55,580 bases of DNA from an uncultured Planctomycetaceae bacterium (GTDB lineage Bacteria > Planctomycetota > Planctomycetia > Pirellulales > UBA1268). Shown in pieces: positions 50,674 to 55,580 of the stretch. A model generated the notes under the pieces. That model was not told the DNA's origin, did not search any database, and saw nothing but the letters and a program-made list of their open reading frames with translations. Location of the stretch: contig CAIXGY010000108.1 of assembly GCA_903919035.1 (NCBI GenBank), positions 1-55,580 on the forward strand, given 5' to 3'. The number at the start of each line of letters is the position of its first letter. Position 1 is the first letter of the stretch. The translations under genes and the position numbers were made by a program.

Positions 50674-50918
50674 GGCAGATCCGGGACGGGTGCGGAGCCG
50701 GCGCCCGCGACGGCTCGTGGAAACGACGAGAGTATAGAAGTGCCCTCCCGACCAACAAGCCGCGCGTGCGGCGGCCGCGATTCCGCGCTCGGCCGACGGC
50801 CGCGAGCCCGAAAGTGTCCGATGCCAACCGGATCGAGAAGGCAGCAGACGGGCCACAGATTTTCCGCACAAACTCCGCAGTATACCCGCATTTTTTTACG
50901 GGTTGGCCCGCGATTTGC

Positions 50919-50982
50919 TTGACCGGGGCCTGAAAACCCTTACAGTTCAGGTGTCGGTCACGGTCCCTGCCAAAGGAATGGC
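50919..50982 (+). promoter_or_regulatory. Candidate promoter and GGA-loop hairpin over the SD of the second csrA
   Basis: TTGACC-N16-TACAGT; GCCA-AAGGAA-TGGC hairpin at 50969-50982, ending 2 nt before the ATG. Confidence 0.45.
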
Positions 50983-50984
50983 CC

Positions 50985-51233
50985 ATGCTCGTCCTTTCGC
51001 GGAAAAAAGACGAGAGCATCGTCATCAACAACGACATCACGATCGTCGTTGTCGAAATCCGTGGGGACAAGGTGCGCCTTGGGGTCGAGGCACCCAAGGA
51101 AGTTCCCGTCCACCGACGGGAGGTCTTCGAGGCCATCGCCCGCGGTGAGACGCTCGACCCGGCCGCATCCGCGGATGCCTCAGGTTCGGTCGGCGAACCC
51201 GAGACGGGCGGTGCCGCGGCCGGCGAAGCCTGA
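50985..51233 (+). CDS. csrA: Second CsrA paralogue (Glu at position 55)
   Basis: MLVLSRKKDESIVI...GDKVRLGVEAPKEVPVHRREVFEAI; RNA-binding Leu4 and Arg44 intact. Confidence 0.94.
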   Translation: MLVLSRKKDESIVINNDITIVVVEIRGDKVRLGVEAPKEVPVHRREVFEAIARGETLDPAASADASGSVGEPETGGAAAGEA

Positions 51234-51315
51234 TCGCCCGCGTGGCCGGAGTGCCGGTTCGCGCCTATCAGTTTCTCGGGTACGCTCGCGAAGGTCAGGT
51301 TTAGCCGAGCCACTC

Positions 51316-51388
51316 GGCCCCATCGTCTAGAGGCCTAGGACATCGCCCTTTCACGGCGGTAACCGGGGTTCGAATCCCCGTGGGGTCA
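51316..51388 (+). tRNA. tRNA-Glu (anticodon TTC), CCA not encoded
   Basis: GGCCCCA/TGGGGTC acceptor stem, TCGCC-CTTTCAC-GGCGG anticodon arm, GGTTCGAATCC T-arm. Confidence 0.96.
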
Positions 51389-51398
51389 TTGCTGTACC

Positions 51399-51493
51399 GC
51401 GGCCCGAGCCATTCATGGCCTCGTGCCGCTCTGTCGATCGCAGGCAACGCCGAGGGTTGCCTGGATCGACAGAGCGTTGCATCCAGCGACGCC
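51399..51493 (-). repeat. Structured intergenic repeat, family B copy 2 (inverted relative to copy 1)
   Basis: Central hairpin matches the reverse complement of 48866-48903 at 31/38 nt; flanking hairpins read GCGTCGC-TGGAT-GCAACGC and GCCATGAATGGC on the minus strand. Confidence 0.75.
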
Positions 51494-51525
51494 AGCCATC
51501 GAAACTGCCAATCCATTCTCCCACG

Positions 51526-52608
51526 ATGACCACTCCTGACGCGTCCGACCCCGACCGCCCATCCGCCTACGACGCGGTGCTGTTCGTCTCGTTCGGCGGG
51601 CCGGACGGGCCCGATGACGTGATGCCGTTCCTCGAGAACGTGCTTCGCGGCCGCAACGTGCCCCGCGAGCGGATGCTCGAGGTGGCCGAGCACTACCACC
51701 ATTTCGGCGGCAAGAGCCCGATCAACGAGCAGAACCGGGCTCTCCTTGCAGCCCTGCGGGCGGAACTCGACCGTCGCGGCCCACGGATTCCGGTCTACTG
51801 GGGCAACCGCAACTGGCATCCGTTGCTCACCGACACGCTCCGGGAGATGGCCGACGCCGGTGTGAAGCGGGCGATCGCGTTCGTGACGAGCGCGTTTTCC
51901 TGTTATTCGGGCTGCCGGCAGTACCGCGAAAACATCGCCGCTGCCCGTGAGGCCGTGGGCCCGCGGGCGCCCGAGGTGGACAAGATCCGCGTGTTCTTCA
52001 ACCACCCGGGGTTCGTCGAGCCGATGGCGGCCAACGTCCGCGCGGCGCTCGGGCGATTCGCCGCCGACGTGCGCTCTTCCGTGCCGGTGCTGTTCACGGC
52101 CCACAGCATCCCGATGTCGATGGCCGACACCAGCAAGTATGTGTCGCAACTCACGGAGTCGTGCCGGCTCGTGGCCGAGCGGGCCGGCGTGACCGACTGG
52201 CGGCTTGTCTGGCAAAGCCGCAGCGGCCCGCCCACGCAGCCCTGGCTCGAGCCCGACATCTGCGACACGATCCGCGACCGCCACGCCGCCGGCATGCGGC
52301 GGCTCGTGATCGCGCCAATCGGGTTCATTTCGGACCACATGGAGGTGCTGTACGACCTCGACACGGAGGCGGCCGACCTCTGCCGGGAACTCGGCGTGGA
52401 GATGGTTCGCGCGGCGACGGTGGGCACCGCCCCCGAGTTCGTGTCGATGGTGCGCGACCTGATCGCGGAGCGGGCCTTGGGTCTGGCCGAACGGCCGGCG
52501 ATCGGCAACCTGCCCGCGAGCCACGATGTCTGCCCGCTCGATTGCTGCCCCGCCCCGCAGCGGCCGCAGATGCCGGCCGGCGGCCGGCCCGTGGGACGGC
52601 CCGCATGA
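51526..52608 (+). CDS. hemH: Ferrochelatase with C-terminal Cys cluster
   Basis: SFGGP, YWGNRNWHP, FTAHSIP, WQSRSGP...WLEPD, GFISDHMEVLYDLD, C-terminal CPLDCC. Confidence 0.93.
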   Translation: MTTPDASDPDRPSAYDAVLFVSFGGPDGPDDVMPFLENVLRGRNVPRERMLEVAEHYHHFGGKSPINEQNRALLAALRAELDRRGPRIPVYWGNRNWHPLLTDTLREMADAGVKRAIAFVTSAFSCYSGCRQYRENIAAAREAVGPRAPEVDKIRVFFNHPGFVEPMAANVRAALGRFAADVRSSVPVLFTAHSIPMSMADTSKYVSQLTESCRLVAERAGVTDWRLVWQSRSGPPTQPWLEPDICDTIRDRHAAGMRRLVIAPIGFISDHMEVLYDLDTEAADLCRELGVEMVRAATVGTAPEFVSMVRDLIAERALGLAERPAIGNLPASHDVCPLDCCPAPQRPQMPAGGRPVGRPA

Positions 52609-53237
52609 GCCCGCTCCCCGGCGTGGCGCTCGTCCACGGCTATCTCGCCAATCGCCTCATGATGGCCCCGCTCGGCGGACGGCTGAACCGCCGGGGCTAC
52701 GCGACGAACTCGTGGGGTTACTGGAATCCCGCCTGTTCGCTGCTCGTCCACGCCGACCGGTTCGCGCGGCGGCTCGAGCAACTCGACGCCGATCCGACGT
52801 TCGCTGTGCTCCATCTCGTCACGCACAGCATGGGCGGCATCGTGGCCCGGGCCGCGCTCGACCGCTACCGGCCGCGGAAGCTCGGCCGCGTGGTGATGCT
52901 CGCGCCACCGAACCGCGGGTCGTTCGTGGCCACGCGGGCGGCCGGCACCTTCGGCCGGTTCCTGAAGCCGGTGATGGAGCTCTCGACCGCCACCGACAGT
53001 CTCGTAAACACGCTGCCGATGCCGCCCGATCTCGATCTGGGCGTGATCGCCGCCGAGCACGACGCGTTGGTGTCGGAGTCGAGCACGCGTCCCGAAGCAC
53101 CTCACGACTTCGTGGCCCTGCCGACGTGGCACACGGGCCTGCTCTTCAGGCGTGACACCGCCGATCTCGTCGCATGCTTCCTGGCGACGGGCGAATTTCC
53201 GGAACCTGTCGCCGCACGTCGTCCGGCGACCGCCTGA
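52605..53237 (+). CDS. Small alpha/beta hydrolase (lipase/esterase-like)
   Basis: LVHG, THSMGG nucleophile elbow, LAPPNRGS, D..V and H catalytic positions; ATGA overlap with hemH. Confidence 0.85.
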   Translation: MSPLPGVALVHGYLANRLMMAPLGGRLNRRGYATNSWGYWNPACSLLVHADRFARRLEQLDADPTFAVLHLVTHSMGGIVARAALDRYRPRKLGRVVMLAPPNRGSFVATRAAGTFGRFLKPVMELSTATDSLVNTLPMPPDLDLGVIAAEHDALVSESSTRPEAPHDFVALPTWHTGLLFRRDTADLVACFLATGEFPEPVAARRPATA

Positions 53238-53255
53238 AGACGGTTTCCAGCATCG

Positions 53256-54272
53256 ATGAACCCCACCCCCCGCCGCCTCGGTTCGTCGTCCGTGTCCGTC
53301 GGCCCGCTGGGCCTCGGATGTTGGCCGCTCGCGGGCATGACCCGCGCGGGCGTGACTCGCGAGGCCGCGGTGGCCACGGTCCGCGCGGCGTTCGAGGCCG
53401 GGATCACGCATCTCGACACGGCGTATTGCTATGGCGAGCGGGGCGAGGCCGACCGGGCGATCGGCGCGGCGCTGGGCTGGACGTCCGAGGCACCGGCGGG
53501 CCGCGTGCCGCGCGACGCGGTGGTGATCGCGGGCAAGTGCGGGATCCACTGGGAGCCCGACGCATCGAAGGATCCGCCGCGGCGGCAGGTGGTGGATGGA
53601 CGGCCGGAGCGGCTGCGGGCGGAGGTGGACGAGAGCCTGGCCCGGCTCGGCACCGACCACTTCGATCTGCTCTATCTTCACTGCCCCGATCCGGCGGTGC
53701 CGATCGAGGAGTCAGCTGGAGCGCTCAAACGGCTTGTGGACGCGGGAAAGACCCGGGCGGTGGGCCTCTCCAACGCGGGCGTGGACCTGATGGCTCGGTT
53801 CGCCGCGGTCTGTCCGCTCTCGGCTTGCCAACTGCACTTCAACATGCTGCAGCGGGAGATCGAGGAGACGGCCCTGCCGTGGTGCCGCGAGCGGGGGATC
53901 GCGATGGTGGTCTACTGGCCGCTGATGAAGGGCCTGTTGGCGGGACGGATGCGCCGCGGCCAGGTCTTCCCGACGAGCGACAGTCGCCACAAGTATCCGC
54001 TTTTCAACGGCCCTGAGTTCGAGCGGAACCTCGACTTCGTGGACGCCCTGCGGCCGGTGGCCGCGCGGCTGGGCGTGCCGCTGGCCGACCTCGTCCTCGC
54101 GTGGACGGCCGAGCAGCCGGGGATCACGAGCGTGCTGTTCGGCGCGACGAGTCCCGAGCAGGTGCGGGAAAACGCCCGCGCGCGTGCCTGCGACCTCGAC
54201 GAAGCGGCCCGCGAGTCGATCCGTGCCGCGATCGCCGCCCGCGGCCCGGTGCCCCGCACCCGCGCGGTGTGA
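53256..54272 (+). CDS. Aldo/keto reductase
   Basis: LGLGCW, DTAYCYG, SLARLGTDHFDLLYLH, VGLSN, PL..GLL.G. Confidence 0.92.
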   Translation: MNPTPRRLGSSSVSVGPLGLGCWPLAGMTRAGVTREAAVATVRAAFEAGITHLDTAYCYGERGEADRAIGAALGWTSEAPAGRVPRDAVVIAGKCGIHWEPDASKDPPRRQVVDGRPERLRAEVDESLARLGTDHFDLLYLHCPDPAVPIEESAGALKRLVDAGKTRAVGLSNAGVDLMARFAAVCPLSACQLHFNMLQREIEETALPWCRERGIAMVVYWPLMKGLLAGRMRRGQVFPTSDSRHKYPLFNGPEFERNLDFVDALRPVAARLGVPLADLVLAWTAEQPGITSVLFGATSPEQVRENARARACDLDEAARESIRAAIAARGPVPRTRAV

Positions 54273-54341
54273 ATGTCCTGCCTCTCTGCTCCTGCGTGAG
54301 GGGCGGGGTGAGGGAGGCCCGATCCACGCGGCTTCAGCGGC

Positions 54342-54857
54342 TCAGGCAGCCCCCACCGGCTGCGGTTGGAGCGCAGCGACCGCGACGTAGCCCTGCCGGG
54401 CCTCGAGGCACGTGCGTCGGAACGACTCGGGCCGGCTCACACCCTGGAGTCGGAGCGTCTCCACTTGCCCACGGCGGAACACGAGGTCACCGGCCGCATA
54501 TGCGGCCTGGCCGGGCTGCACGACAACGTCGATCGCATCAAAGCGATCGAGATCGACGTACTGTTCGACGACCGGGTTCACGCCGCGCTCGACGACGACC
54601 CGGCGATTGGTGAGCCGGTAGCGCCTGATGGCCCACGGCAGGCGCATCGAGAGATAGAGCCCGAGACCGAGCGGTATCGTCGCCAAGAGCGCGAGGCGGC
54701 CAACCGACAGCGGGCCGACACCACCCTGGAGGCCATAGAGCCTTCCGAGCGCACGCCCGAGACCGGTCGCCGCCACCGACGGCCAGACGGTCATGACAGT
54801 CGCCTCGGCGACTGACGGGGGCACGACTCCCGAAATACACTGCGTGACAAACTTCAT
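54342..54857 (-). CDS. Bacterial PH-domain (bPH_2-like) membrane protein
   Basis: One TM followed by the YRLTNRRVVVERG motif. Confidence 0.75.
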   Translation of the reverse strand: MKFVTQCISGVVPPSVAEATVMTVWPSVAATGLGRALGRLYGLQGGVGPLSVGRLALLATIPLGLGLYLSMRLPWAIRRYRLTNRRVVVERGVNPVVEQYVDLDRFDAIDVVVQPGQAAYAAGDLVFRRGQVETLRLQGVSRPESFRRTCLEARQGYVAVAALQPQPVGAA

Positions 54858-55093
54858 AGATTTTGATCTATCGCGAGAAAAACAAGTACGACACCAAGTG
54901 CCGCGACAAAACGGTCACAAAGATGACCGATGCGTCACCGTATTGCAACCGTCGGACATACCGTCACGGAAAATTTCCTGCCGGCGTCAATCTTTGCAGA
55001 ACGGCCGGATCATCGTTGAGTCAACCATCGCCGCGACGAAGAAGCGGTTCCCACAAAAACGGTGGTAACGAACCGACTCGCGCATGACATCCT

Positions 55094-55579
55094 TTACTGG
55101 GCGCGCGCGGTACCGCCGCGATCCGAAACGGGGTCATCCACACCCGTATGAATCGGCTCGTACTCGTAGCCCAGGGAGACGAGCGTTGCCTTGACCGTTT
55201 GGAACTGCGAGAACGAGTCCGCATAAACCACGACGGCGATCGTCCACGCCTCGGACGGAAATCGACGAAGCATCGTCTGCAAATCCCGCTCGATCGAATT
55301 CCCGTCAACGATCACGCCGGCATCAGGCCGCGCCATGGCAACCTGCTTTCCGTCCGGCTCCGGAGCAACGATGAAGTGTTCCGCGTTTGGGCCGAGCCGT
55401 TCTCCCTGCTCGCTCCATTGATGCATGACGTAGAGCCTGCCATATCGCATGTAGAGGCCGACTTGTTTCTTGTCGGTCTCACCGATCACGGGCAACACAG
55501 CCGTCTGGACGATCTTCGCCGGGTCGACCGGCCGGTCGAGATCGATCGCTAACTTCGCAAGCGTGGCCGCCTCCTGCTC
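55094..55579 (-). CDS. Hypothetical protein, C-terminal part (start lies beyond the window)
   Basis: Frame stays open to the window end (EQEAATLAKLAIDL...); globular C-terminal domain with VYADSFSQF motif. Confidence 0.65.
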   Translation of the reverse strand, partial: EQEAATLAKLAIDLDRPVDPAKIVQTAVLPVIGETDKKQVGLYMRYGRLYVMHQWSEQGERLGPNAEHFIVAPEPDGKQVAMARPDAGVIVDGNSIERDLQTMLRRFPSEAWTIAVVVYADSFSQFQTVKATLVSLGYEYEPIHTGVDDPVSDRGGTARAQ

Positions 55580-55580
55580 C

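Noticed and set aside
28673-51493. Hairpin repeats as CRISPR remnants or intrinsic terminators
   Set aside because: They are dispersed rather than arrayed with spacers, no cas genes are present, and they lack U-tracts
54279-54314. Degenerate CCTCTC...GAGGGGCGGGGTGAGGG REP-like sequence between convergent genes
   Set aside because: Single degenerate copy with poor pairing; not supportable

Overview
GC-rich bacterial chromosome segment whose gene content and protein styles point to a planctomycete (inference). It carries: the pyruvate dehydrogenase genes (aceF partial and aceE, then tRNA-Leu, then a divergent lpdA); a ~1,450-aa TPR protein; lpxA; a sigma54 activator with no receiver domain; a Wsp-like chemosensory operon headed by a urea/amide-binding (UrtA/AmiC-family) protein and lacking wspR; an amidase; bshB1; xerC; a NarL/LuxR regulator; hemC; comF; lptF/G; fliW-csrA; a glycan oxidoreductase plus flippase; tatD; a rearranged complex I cluster (nuoI-A-C-D-H-J-K-L-M-N, with no nuoB or nuoEFG and a frameshifted nuoM); a second csrA; tRNA-Glu; hemH and several small enzymes. 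The strongest unexplained signal is non-coding. Four intergenic elements of ~95-130 bp form two homologous pairs. Their stems are preserved by compensatory base changes, and their loops mostly show the CsrA/RsmA-binding motif (CA-N-GGA-NG / CAGGATG). The same window encodes one FliW-type CsrA (Asn55) and one predicted FliW-insensitive CsrA (Glu55), each with GGA hairpins in its own leader. No CRISPR array, rRNA or transposase was seen.
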